Positions 6,948 through 15,993 are shown, counted from the stretch's first letter. The stretch: DNA of 32,000 nt from Fibrobacter succinogenes subsp. succinogenes S85 (GCF_000146505.1 NC_017448.1:420001-452000), one strand, 5' to 3'. Numbers and translations are program-made. Notes: generated from the sequence alone by a model not told the origin.

Positions 6948-8942
6948 TTAATCTTCTTCGTCTTTTTTTGAGGGCTTAGCGCAGCGGTCTGTAGCCCAGT
7001 TGGTCGACTTGAAGCAGGCACTTCTGGTGTAGCAACATCCGTATGCATTTTTATTGCCAAGATCTTCGCAATGGCAAGCAATTCCGTCACCTTCCTTCTC
7101 TTCGTCAACAAGTTCTCCGTTAGCGCAGACCACCATGTATCCGCCAGTGTGATAACTTGTGTTGATGCAGGTTTGGAGAGAATTGTGGCAAACTCCGAAG
7201 TAGGTACCCTGGATATTGCATGTTACGTGTCTCGTCTCGTTTGTAAGGTCGAATTCGAAATCTTCCACGCGTTCATCAGGAGAGGAGACTGGTTTGTGAT
7301 TATTCCAGTTGTACCCGTGAACGGTTTTTGCGGCCATCTTTTTACTAGGAATCAGTTCCTTCCATTTCTGTTTCGTCTCGAAACTTCTGAACGGCGGGTA
7401 GTCGGGGTCTTCGTCCTTGAGAATTTGCTTGCAACGTTCTTCGTTGTAGCAGGGATTGAAATCGTCCCATCCACTTTCGGAACGTCCCCAGCAAGGATCG
7501 CAATCAGAACATTGATCCGTGTTGCATTGGTCTATCATCTTATCTATAGGGTAGCCTTCTCTACAAGCGACGGGGCACTTGTAATACTCCTTGTCAAGCG
7601 GGTCGAACTTGTTATGGAGCCTTTCCCATTGCCCGTCGACGCACCTGTACATGATGGCGTTGTTATTGATGTCGTTGTCGCACCTCAGTTCGCCGTTAAG
7701 ACATTCGCCGCAGATGGCCTTGTCGGTACGGCACGACTTGTTGCCGCATATGGAAACGGCTTTCTTAGCTTCGCCGGCGACGCACTCGTAGACGGTTCCC
7801 TTTCCTTCGTCATCGTTGGTACAGGTGTGTTCGTAGTTCGTGCACTCGCCGCAACCGTTGTCGCGCGGGTCGCAGGATTTCCCGTTACAGCTCTCGGTCA
7901 CCTTCTCGCCCTTTTCGCAGCGGGTGACTGTCGCCTTGAAGTTTTTGTCTTCGGTGCAGGTCTGCACGTTGTCGAGGCATTCGCCGCAATCCGTGCCCTT
8001 TTCGTTACAGGAGACCAAGCCACACGAGCGGTTCACAATAACTCCTTTTACACATTCCTTTACGATACCGATATTTGCAGGGCTGTTAGAGCAGGAGTTC
8101 GTGTAGCTGTCGCCGCATTCCTTTTCAAGGACGTCCTTGTTAGCGCATTCCTTGCTCTTGGTATTGCAAAGAACACCCTCGTCACAAGCAGTTTCCTTGC
8201 AGACGCAAGCACCGTCTTTCGCGGTACCACCAGAAGCCTTGCACAAGTCATCGAAGGTCGGAGCGGATGCCGAGGAAGAGCTTGACTTGGATTCAGAAGA
8301 GGCGGCAACAGAGGATGAGCTGAGCTTGACCTGGTTTCCGCAAGCACCCGTGACAGTGTTGCAAACGGCACCTTCGTCACAGACCTCGCCTTTACAGACG
8401 CAGGCGCCATCTTTCATGGAGCCACCGGATGCCTTACACAAGTCGTTGAAGGTTGGAGCCGCGGAAGAGGAACTTTTTTTGGAGTCCGAAGATATATCGG
8501 AAGGTTTGCTTTGGTTTCCGCAAACACCAGTAATGGTGTTGCAAACGGCACCAACGTCGCAAAGTTCGTTTTTACAGACGCAAGCACCGTCTTTTGCGGT
8601 ACCACCGGACGCCTTACAAAGATCCGTGAAGGACTTCAGATCGTCCTTGACTTTGGACGAGGAACTGGCCTTGCTACTAGATGATTTTGCAGAACTTAAA
8701 GAATCTTTCTTGGAAACAGGAATCCAGTTTTCGCTGTGGCAATAGTAATCAGCATCTTCTTTTTTGGCGTAAACAGTATCGCCTTCATTTTCATCGCCAC
8801 ATATTCCAAGTTCGTAAATCGAGTTGACCTCCGTAATGATTTCTCTTGGGAGAGTTTCATCGCTAGATTCATCACTACAGGCGACAAGAATTGTCACGAC
8901 CATCATAGTCGCAAACAAAACGTCTAAAATTGTTTTTTTCAT
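6948..8942 (-). CDS. Ser/Cys-rich repeat lipoprotein (hypothetical)
   Basis: Track ORF 6948..8966. The start at ATG 8942 gives MKKTILDVLFATMMVVTILVAC with a lipobox (LVAC). It carries three ~60-aa repeats (F[TND]DLCKASGG..KDGACVCK..CD.G..CNT) separated by poly-Ser linkers. These are followed by four ~45-aa six-Cys modules (C-x2-C-x6-C-x12-C-x9-11-C-x4-C) and a further Cys-rich C-terminal region. Confidence 0.8.
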   Translation of the reverse strand: MKKTILDVLFATMMVVTILVACSDESSDETLPREIITEVNSIYELGICGDENEGDTVYAKKEDADYYCHSENWIPVSKKDSLSSAKSSSSKASSSSKVKDDLKSFTDLCKASGGTAKDGACVCKNELCDVGAVCNTITGVCGNQSKPSDISSDSKKSSSSAAPTFNDLCKASGGSMKDGACVCKGEVCDEGAVCNTVTGACGNQVKLSSSSVAASSESKSSSSSASAPTFDDLCKASGGTAKDGACVCKETACDEGVLCNTKSKECANKDVLEKECGDSYTNSCSNSPANIGIVKECVKGVIVNRSCGLVSCNEKGTDCGECLDNVQTCTEDKNFKATVTRCEKGEKVTESCNGKSCDPRDNGCGECTNYEHTCTNDDEGKGTVYECVAGEAKKAVSICGNKSCRTDKAICGECLNGELRCDNDINNNAIMYRCVDGQWERLHNKFDPLDKEYYKCPVACREGYPIDKMIDQCNTDQCSDCDPCWGRSESGWDDFNPCYNEERCKQILKDEDPDYPPFRSFETKQKWKELIPSKKMAAKTVHGYNWNNHKPVSSPDERVEDFEFDLTNETRHVTCNIQGTYFGVCHNSLQTCINTSYHTGGYMVVCANGELVDEEKEGDGIACHCEDLGNKNAYGCCYTRSACFKSTNWATDRCAKPSKKDEED
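8145..8630 (-). repeat. Three tandem ~180-195-bp coding repeats inside the lipoprotein gene
   Basis: Repeated DNA blocks on the + strand, e.g. gcagacgcaagcaccgtctttcgcggtaccacc (8200s), acagacgcaggcgccatctttcatggagccacc (8390s) and acagacgcaagcaccgtcttttgcggtaccacc (8570s). They correspond to protein repeats at residues ~105-144, 165-204 and 230-266. Confidence 0.85.
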
Positions 8943-8986
8943 GATTTTCCTCGATAACCAGGGCAAAGAAATAAAATTTTACGTAA

Positions 8987-9015
8987 AATTTAAATAAAAT
9001 AACAATTCACGTCAA
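8987..9015 (-). promoter_or_regulatory. Candidate sigma70-type promoter for the lipoprotein-xerD-A1-B1-OMP gene string
   Basis: The minus strand reads TTGACG - 17 nt - TAAATT, about 45 nt upstream of ATG 8942. It overlaps a near-perfect AT-rich palindrome AAAATTTT-ACGT-AAAATTT (8973..8991). Confidence 0.35.
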
Positions 9016-9147
9016 CGCGCTTGTGCGTTACAAGTTCAATGAAACCAATTCCATTGTTGTCTGGCCATGCGACGTAATCCAGCAAATTTCAACGAGCGGA
9101 TTCTTTTCATAATTCCACATTTTTTTTCTTTTTTCTTTAAAATCCCC

Positions 9148-9176
9148 TTGCCAATGCGTTTTTTCTTTTCTATAAT
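9148..9176 (+). promoter_or_regulatory. Candidate sigma70-type promoter of the tRNA-Lys array
   Basis: TTGCCA (9148..9153), a 17-nt spacer, then TATAAT (9171..9176). It is preceded by a T-rich UP-like tract, and the first tRNA starts 23 nt downstream of the -10 element. Confidence 0.55.
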
Positions 9177-9198
9177 TGTGCGCGTCCTAAGCGACTAT

Positions 9199-9271
<73 letters not shown>

Positions 9272-9401
9272 CTAAGCACTAAACCGCAAGGCTAGGTGCT
9301 GCAAATACAAAAGCGTCAGACAAAGCTAAGCGTCTAACGAACTTTGAAACTGCGGCTTTTGATTTTTGCAAAAAGACATTGCTGAAAGGCGACCAAATCA
9401 T

Positions 9402-9474
<73 letters not shown>

Positions 9475-9625
9475 CTAAATACCAAACCGAAAGGCAAGGT
9501 ATTGCAAATACAAAAGCGTCAGACAAAGCTAAGCGTTTTTGAAAGCGAAAGTGGAATCTAACGAACTTTGAAACTGCGACTTTTGATTTTTGCAAAAAGA
9601 CATAGCCAAAAGGCGACCAAATCAT

Positions 9626-9698
<73 letters not shown>

Positions 9699-9702
9699 CT
9701 AA

Positions 9703-9734
9703 ACACCATCTCATTGAGGTGGTGTTCTTTTTTA
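9703..9734 (+). terminator. Rho-independent terminator of the tRNA array
   Basis: Stem ACACCATCTC / GAGGTGGTGT (one G-U pair), a short loop, then TCTTTTTTAT. Confidence 0.75.
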
Positions 9735-9785
9735 TACCTAAGACCCAGCGCACAAATTTGCGCATGTCGCCCCCTCGTCTCACGC

Positions 9786-11390
9786 TTAACGCACGCCCAT
9801 GCAATGCCAGGTAATGCCAAGCGAGACAAACGGCGAAAGCCCCTTCGCCTGCCCGATATCCGAAATATTGATGTTCTGCGCCCCAAGCTTCAGTCGCACA
9901 CCAAAACGGTTCCCTATCCCCTGCTCAAAGAAACTATCAACAGGTCTCCCAATTAGCTTCGGGAACAGCGCTTCAACATAAATGCCAAAGCCATAGCGGA
10001 AATAGCGTTCATGCAGGTACTTTGGATCTTCAACGCCCTTTTGCGGAGGAACCTCTATCGCCGCAAATCCAAAATTGCACCAAACGCCGCTTTCAATATA
10101 ATCCTTTTTCAACCATAAATATCCAATTTCCACATGCGCACCAAAGTCCCCAGTACCGCACGAATCGCACTTGGCATCCAAACTGCGAATGCTAAGCCCA
10201 AGTCCGCCAAACCAATTGCCTAAGTAAACATTAAAACCAAATCCCAGATAAAATACAGGATCAAAGTCCGGGAAATCGCCCGCCAAGAATGGCCGTCCAA
10301 AATCGGCATACGCGTTAAAGCGAATAGGCCCCATCCAATGCACTACAGGCTTCGGCATTTCTCTTAAAGCAACCTTTTTGACAGCCTTGCAAACCAAAGC
10401 CGAATCCACATCTGGGTTATCCTGCAACGACTTACAATACCTGCCACTGACATATTCATGCATAGCGGCATCATTTAAAGCATCATCCAGCCGATCTGTG
10501 TAAACCACCCCATTGTAATCATCAAGATAGAGTCCCGTTGAATCTTCATTTACAATAAAATCATATTCCTTATTCAGAATTTTCATAAGGATTTTTGAAC
10601 GAGGCGACAAGTCCGCCGACTCCGCCAAAGCACCCGCAGATGCAAAATCCCCGCTTTCTACAAAGGCTTGCATCTTTTCACGAGCAGACATTGCAGCTGT
10701 CGGCTTCACATCATACTTCAATCGATGCGGAACGTAATGAATCTTATCAAGAATCGAAGTATCCATCAAGGAATAGCACTCTTCCGAATATCCATCCATG
10801 AAAAAGATTCTTTTAACCGGAACAGTCTGGTCTTCGGAATTGGGCAAAAGCACCATCATTCTCTGGGAAATTATCCACGAAGAATCTTGAGAAATATCCG
10901 GTCCGACATACGCAAAAGAAAACAGTTCCTTTTTCGCATCTTCAGGTTTGGGAGTCACCCATGTATGGGTCGCCTTGTCATAGATTTTTTCCACACGTAT
11001 TTCATCGTGGATCAAGAAAAAGCCCTTTATATTCATCAATGCATAGCGCTGTTCAAACATCTTCTGGTATTGTTCTGGAGCCTGCGTCAAAAGATTATCC
11101 TGGCGTTTCTGCTTATAGTTGGCCCACCCGACAAAAGACTCGTATACACGCGGATATCTTTGCTCGAATTCGGCATTCTCCGCATTATAAAAATCCTTCT
11201 GCAAATACGTTCTTTGGATAAGGCTACCGTAATAAGCAATTGGAGCCGTTTGCAATTTTTGAGCAACGGTCTGCGATTGAGAATAGCCCACAGAAGAATC
11301 GGAAAGAACGATATTATATCTAGTATATCGCGCTGCAAAAGAAAGGGACACCATGACCCCAAGCATCATCAAAAACCAACGAGCCATCAT
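9786..11390 (-). CDS. Hypothetical secreted/outer-membrane protein, cassette gene B (copy 2)
   Basis: 534 aa with a signal peptide (MMARWFLMMLGVMVSLSFA). It is a paralog of 3219..4802 (motifs listed there). The start overlaps the A2 stop (ATGA, 4-nt overlap). Confidence 0.75.
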   Translation of the reverse strand: MMARWFLMMLGVMVSLSFAARYTRYNIVLSDSSVGYSQSQTVAQKLQTAPIAYYGSLIQRTYLQKDFYNAENAEFEQRYPRVYESFVGWANYKQKRQDNLLTQAPEQYQKMFEQRYALMNIKGFFLIHDEIRVEKIYDKATHTWVTPKPEDAKKELFSFAYVGPDISQDSSWIISQRMMVLLPNSEDQTVPVKRIFFMDGYSEECYSLMDTSILDKIHYVPHRLKYDVKPTAAMSAREKMQAFVESGDFASAGALAESADLSPRSKILMKILNKEYDFIVNEDSTGLYLDDYNGVVYTDRLDDALNDAAMHEYVSGRYCKSLQDNPDVDSALVCKAVKKVALREMPKPVVHWMGPIRFNAYADFGRPFLAGDFPDFDPVFYLGFGFNVYLGNWFGGLGLSIRSLDAKCDSCGTGDFGAHVEIGYLWLKKDYIESGVWCNFGFAAIEVPPQKGVEDPKYLHERYFRYGFGIYVEALFPKLIGRPVDSFFEQGIGNRFGVRLKLGAQNINISDIGQAKGLSPFVSLGITWHCMGVR

Positions 11391-12646
11391 TTCACCCCGC
11401 TTTCTCTGAATGAATAGTCAAAATCAATAGGCTTCTTTGTATACTCACGGAACGTCCATTCAAGAGACGCATACAACCTAACGCCAGACGTTTTCAAGAC
11501 ATCCCCCGAAAAAAGGCTCCTCACGCCAGTCCTAAAGCGAAGTCCATGATGAATATGTTTTTTTTCCGTAAAGAACAGGTCCACCATCACTCCCGCGCCA
11601 AACGCCGGACTAAACTGAATTGGCAAATCATTATTCGCCTTGTCGTTAGAATCTTTACCTCGAGCGCTAAGTCCATTCATGCCCAGCCCCGCAGAAACAT
11701 AACCAAACAAGTTCAAGTGATCTTTTTTCAAGAATGTATAGCCAAAATTAAAATCCCATCGCATGTCATAAAACTGCAGGGAATCCAGTTCCTTATTTTG
11801 GCAACCATTGATATCCATAAACCATTCGTACAGAAAATCCTTACGCACGAAGTCAATGCCAAGGTACATACCGGGACTTAATCCAATTTTATCAGACAAT
11901 CGCCCAAACGACTTTATTACAGCCCCACCCCAAGAAAACGCAAAGTATTTTTTTGAATCATAATTTTCTTTATGCCAAAAACGATTGACCAAGAAATACA
12001 ACTGTTTTTCATCCGTCAGCTGATACTTGTAATTTTCAATCATCGATGAAACATCTTCCTTGTACCTAAACATGCTATTTAGAACAATGTAGATAAACGC
12101 ACGATCGCTCTCATCGGGAATTTCCCTAAGCGACTCTTCCATTTCTCCAGTTTCAATTTCTCGTTTCAACTTGAGATATACAGCAGAATGCAGGTCTCCC
12201 TTTATATGTTTTTTTAGCAAAGGTTTTACAGAATCCACTTGGCTCAGGAATTCAAAATCCTTCAAAAAATATTTTATAACCAGCTTGTCATTTGCATAAA
12301 AAACGTGATATACCGAAGCATTCTGATCAAAAATCTCCGCTTCTTCAACAACCTTCTTTAAACTTTCCATTCGGTCATCTTTCGAAGAATGCTCCAAGAT
12401 GTGTTCTATCGTGTTCCGATAAAACACCGCCATATCGCGCTCTTTTTCCAAAGAATCTTTATAGTTAGATACGATTTCCACATTTGCCGAAGTTTCAACA
12501 TAATTCAGCTTTTTTGAAGTATTTGTATCGGGATTTTGCACAAACAAATACATTACGGAATCAAACGGAACATCGCTTGCAGACGATGGCCGGCCCAAGA
12601 CAACAACAGACAAAAGAATAACAATAAGCAAAAATCGATGAAGCAT
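11387..12646 (-). CDS. Hypothetical secreted/outer-membrane protein, cassette gene A (copy 2)
   Basis: Track ORF 11387..12661 begins with TTG. The first ATG at 12646 gives the signal peptide MLHRFLLIVILLSVVVLGRPSSA. It is a paralog of 4804..6000. Confidence 0.75.
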   Translation of the reverse strand: MLHRFLLIVILLSVVVLGRPSSASDVPFDSVMYLFVQNPDTNTSKKLNYVETSANVEIVSNYKDSLEKERDMAVFYRNTIEHILEHSSKDDRMESLKKVVEEAEIFDQNASVYHVFYANDKLVIKYFLKDFEFLSQVDSVKPLLKKHIKGDLHSAVYLKLKREIETGEMEESLREIPDESDRAFIYIVLNSMFRYKEDVSSMIENYKYQLTDEKQLYFLVNRFWHKENYDSKKYFAFSWGGAVIKSFGRLSDKIGLSPGMYLGIDFVRKDFLYEWFMDINGCQNKELDSLQFYDMRWDFNFGYTFLKKDHLNLFGYVSAGLGMNGLSARGKDSNDKANNDLPIQFSPAFGAGVMVDLFFTEKKHIHHGLRFRTGVRSLFSGDVLKTSGVRLYASLEWTFREYTKKPIDFDYSFRESGVK

Positions 12647-12659
12647 AAAGTCAATATAC

Positions 12660-12691
12660 AAAAAAGAACTCCGCCGTTTCCGACGGAGTCC
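12660..12691 (-). terminator. Rho-independent terminator after the glycoside hydrolase gene
   Basis: The minus strand reads GACTCCGTCGGAAACGGCGGAGTTCTTTTTT: a 9-bp stem with one mismatch, loop GAAA, then a T6 run. Confidence 0.7.
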
Positions 12692-12733
12692 TTTTCAAGA
12701 TTTCTAGAATCTAGCTTACGAACCCTTGTTCAC

Positions 12734-15700
12734 TTATTCCAAAGTGATGAGAGTAAGGGTGCGCTTGCCGACCTTGATACCCTTAGAGATATCGACAGTC
12801 TTAGCCTTCTTGGACGGGTCGTTTGCCCAGCCTTCCTTAAGCTTTTCGGAGGTCTTGTCCAAAGTCTGGACCTTGGCCTTACCCTTGAAGCCCGGAATGT
12901 CAAGCTTGATGTCGAATTCGCTGTACGGGCTCTTGTTCACGAGGAGGAGCTGCTTCTTGTTGCCGTTTACAGTCCAGTAAGCGGTCAGGAGAGCGTCTTC
13001 GTCACCCTTGATGGTGGTCTTCATGAGCTTGCCACGGAGAGCGTCGGAAGCCATCTGGAATGCCCAGTAGCTCGGGCGCGGGCAGTTCATGCATTCTTCA
13101 CCAGAACGGGTCAAGTAACCATAGTCACCGCCTTCCGGAGTGATGTCGTTGTGGATATCCCAGTACTGAGCGTTGTCGACGTTTTCAGTAGCGAGCATAC
13201 CGAGGTAGTCAGCGACGAACAAGCCGTTTTCGACAGACAAGGTCTGCGGACCCGGGTTGAAGTCAACAGAGTTCCATTCGGTGAGCCAGAGTTCGATCTT
13301 CTTATCCTTGTTGTACTTCTTGGTCCACTTGTCCACGACCTTGTGCAAACGTTCGTAGATTGCGGTAAGGGTCTGCGGAGCAGAGAGCATAGCGAAGTCG
13401 TTTTCTTCGCCGAAGTGCTGCGGGTAGTGGTGGACGATAAGACCGTCAGCGATGTCACCCGTTTCAGCAAGGACCTTGTCGTTCCAGTCGCCTTCGAGAA
13501 CGCCGAGCACAGCCACCTTGATGGTCGGGTCAACTTTCTTCATGGCTTCGATGAACTTACGAGCGCGCTTACCATAGATGGTACCGCCGTCCTTACCATA
13601 CTTTTCGTAATACGGATGCCAGTTACCGTAGATTTCGTTACCGATTTCCCAGTAGAGGATGCCGGCCTTCTTGTCGATGTTCGTGTGCTTGACCCAGTCA
13701 GCGGCTTCCTTTTCAGTGCCGGAACCGAAGTTCACAGTGAACATAGCGTTAGAGCCAGTCTTCTTCAACCATTCGAGGAATTCGTCGGTGTCGACCATCC
13801 AGTCGTGGTTGTCGAGGATTTCCTTCCAGTGGTCGTCATCAGCACGGAGACCACCCGGGTAACGGATAATGCCGTGGTTGATGCGCTTTGCGTATTCGCG
13901 AGTCTGAACCTTGAAGTTCTTGTTGTCGAGCATGTCGCCGTCCCAGAGAGCGGCGTTGATACCGAACAAGCCACCAGAGATATTCGGGTTGAGGACATCC
14001 TTTTCGCCCTTCACCAAGACCTTGATGACAGCCGGACGTTCCTTAGCCTTGACTTCGCGCTGGTTGGTCAAACGAATGTTGTCAACCTTGAAGCCACCTG
14101 CAGTACCTTCACCACTCGGCTTGAAGTCGAGAGCAGTTACACCCTTGAGGTCGAAGAGACCGTTTTCAACAGCGTTAGGCGGTTGATAGTACGGGAACTT
14201 GCCGAACGTACGGAACGGAACGAGGATTGTGGTCTTGCCCTTCGGAGCACCGACGTTAGAAACGAAGATTTCGTTGCCAGCATCCTGAACCTGAACGGTG
14301 ATGGACTGCCATGCCTTTTCAGAGTAAACGTCGAACATGATGCCCCAGTGCTTGGTCCAGTCACGGTCAGCAGCCGGACGGCCATTCTTCTGCATGTCGA
14401 GCACAACGTCAACCCAGTCAGCAAGGAGGTAGTGTTCGATATTCAAGCAGTTGCTCTTGAATTCGGCGCAGTTTTCAACCTTGAACTTGAGCTGAGACTT
14501 CGGACCGGTGGACGGTTCCCACTTGTCCTTAGCAAACTTGCCTTCGAAGTCGGAGATCACGTAGTCCGGAGCGTTGGACTTGAAGGAATCCCACTTGAGA
14601 TCCGGGTCCACCCAGTCGATGTTGGACGTGAAGGTGATCTGGTCCACGAAGACCGTCACAGGAGCCGGCTTGCCCGGTTCGCCTGCGTTTTCGCCCTTGC
14701 CAACAGAGAAGCGGATTTCCTGAATCTTGTCCCACTTGATGTCCTTAGCGACTTCAGCGGACTTGTTAGCGTCCCAAGCCTTACCCTTGTCGGTGAAGCG
14801 CTTGAGAGGAATCTTGGCGAGCTGCCAATCCTTGGAGACCTTGATCCAGTCGTTGAGGCCGACCTTGGTCTGGCTCTTGATATCGTTGCCCTGGTTGTCG
14901 AGGATACCGACGTAGAGCTTTTCGCCACCGAGCTTACCCTTGATCCAGAAGTAGAGACCGCCCTTGTCGCGAACCTTGGAGAGGTCAATGAACTTGCCTT
15001 CACCGAGAGAGTAGGTCACGCCAGACCAGTCGTTGTTATCGATGTACATGGCGAGCACGTTCTTGTTGCCCGGAGTCTTGGACTGAGCTTCACGCTGAGC
15101 GGTGAGACCACCGTAGCTGTAAGAGAAGCCCTTGACCTGGTTGTCATAGAACGTAGCGAGCGTCTTGGCCTTGCCGTCGAGCTTTTCCGGGTTCTTCGGG
15201 CCGTCAATGATATCATTGTTTTCGTCCCAGTAGACCATCTGCTTCTTCGGGGCAGCCTTCTTGTTGCCCTTCACGATTTCGATGTTGTCGACCCAGACTT
15301 CGAATTCGCTTGCAGCGCTCTTGTCAATGGAGAAACGGATTTCAGCAATCTTGTCCCAGTCAATACGAGACGGGAATTCGGACTTGCGGGTGTTGTCCCA
15401 GTAGAGACCACGGTCCGGGAAGTCCACGAGAGGAATGGAAACCTTCTTCCAGTCCGTCGTCACGGCGCCGCCTTCGATGTACTTGTTCATCGGAAGCACG
15501 ACCTGAGTCTTCTTGCCGTCAGAAACTTCTTCGTCGAGGAGGCCGACCTTAACAGATTCGCCACCGTTCTTGCCCTTGATCATGAATTCGACCTTGGAGT
15601 CAAGCATGTACTTGTTCAAGTCGAAGAATTCATTGTAAAGGCAGATGGAAGCACCGGAGTATTCCTTCGGGTCCAACTTGATGTTCAAGGCAGCCTTGGA

Positions 15701-15895
15701 CTTGTAACCACCAGACTTGGTGATGGTGACACCCTTGCTCGTGCCGCCGTAAGAGTAATCGTATCCACCCGGACGGTACTGTTCATCGAAGAACTTGTAC
15801 ACAGCCAGATGCGGACGTTTCGGCTGAGCCATTGCAGCTGTAACGCTCAAGCCGAGGACGGCGAGCGAGGCAACTTTCAATGATTGCTTAATCAT
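12734..15895 (-). CDS. Secreted multi-module glycoside hydrolase (three CBM-like beta-sandwich modules plus a clan GH-A, GH51/GH79-like catalytic domain)
   Basis: Track ORF 12734..15904. ATG 15895 has AAGGA 8-9 nt upstream and gives MIKQSLKVASLAVLGLSVTAAMA. Catalytic-domain blocks are IIRYPGG, FTVNFGSGTEKEAADWVKHTN, WEIGNE (acid/base NE), HHYP and LTEWN (nucleophile E). The N-terminal half has two paralogous modules (YSYGG...IKGK.GGE...IPL..F...WDKI.EIRFS) and a third module starting ISDFEG. The exact GH family is not determinable by eye. Confidence 0.8.
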   Translation of the reverse strand: MIKQSLKVASLAVLGLSVTAAMAQPKRPHLAVYKFFDEQYRPGGYDYSYGGTSKGVTITKSGGYKSKAALNIKLDPKEYSGASICLYNEFFDLNKYMLDSKVEFMIKGKNGGESVKVGLLDEEVSDGKKTQVVLPMNKYIEGGAVTTDWKKVSIPLVDFPDRGLYWDNTRKSEFPSRIDWDKIAEIRFSIDKSAASEFEVWVDNIEIVKGNKKAAPKKQMVYWDENNDIIDGPKNPEKLDGKAKTLATFYDNQVKGFSYSYGGLTAQREAQSKTPGNKNVLAMYIDNNDWSGVTYSLGEGKFIDLSKVRDKGGLYFWIKGKLGGEKLYVGILDNQGNDIKSQTKVGLNDWIKVSKDWQLAKIPLKRFTDKGKAWDANKSAEVAKDIKWDKIQEIRFSVGKGENAGEPGKPAPVTVFVDQITFTSNIDWVDPDLKWDSFKSNAPDYVISDFEGKFAKDKWEPSTGPKSQLKFKVENCAEFKSNCLNIEHYLLADWVDVVLDMQKNGRPAADRDWTKHWGIMFDVYSEKAWQSITVQVQDAGNEIFVSNVGAPKGKTTILVPFRTFGKFPYYQPPNAVENGLFDLKGVTALDFKPSGEGTAGGFKVDNIRLTNQREVKAKERPAVIKVLVKGEKDVLNPNISGGLFGINAALWDGDMLDNKNFKVQTREYAKRINHGIIRYPGGLRADDDHWKEILDNHDWMVDTDEFLEWLKKTGSNAMFTVNFGSGTEKEAADWVKHTNIDKKAGILYWEIGNEIYGNWHPYYEKYGKDGGTIYGKRARKFIEAMKKVDPTIKVAVLGVLEGDWNDKVLAETGDIADGLIVHHYPQHFGEENDFAMLSAPQTLTAIYERLHKVVDKWTKKYNKDKKIELWLTEWNSVDFNPGPQTLSVENGLFVADYLGMLATENVDNAQYWDIHNDITPEGGDYGYLTRSGEECMNCPRPSYWAFQMASDALRGKLMKTTIKGDEDALLTAYWTVNGNKKQLLLVNKSPYSEFDIKLDIPGFKGKAKVQTLDKTSEKLKEGWANDPSKKAKTVDISKGIKVGKRTLTLITLE

Positions 15896-15943
15896 AATGT
15901 GCATCCTTTTGTTGTTTTTGATTTTAAATTACAAACTTGGAAA

Positions 15944-15981
15944 TTAAAAAGCGCACACGTCAATCGATTTAACGTGCACGC
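15944..15981 (-). terminator. Rho-independent terminator after the DsbA-like gene
   Basis: The minus strand reads GCGTGCACGT-taaatcgattg-ACGTGTGCGC followed by TTTTTAATTT. The stem has an internal 2x2 mismatch. Confidence 0.55.
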
Positions 15982-15993
15982 CTGAAAACGTAA

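Noticed and set aside
12536-15883. A 1115-aa uninterrupted ORF on the + strand, antisense to the glycoside hydrolase gene.
   Set aside because: Its composition is the mirror image of the real gene (Val/Leu/Asp/Glu-rich, no motifs, no signal peptide, no RBS). The minus-strand frame carries clear GH catalytic motifs and a signal peptide. This is a classic shadow ORF produced by the codon bias of the true gene.
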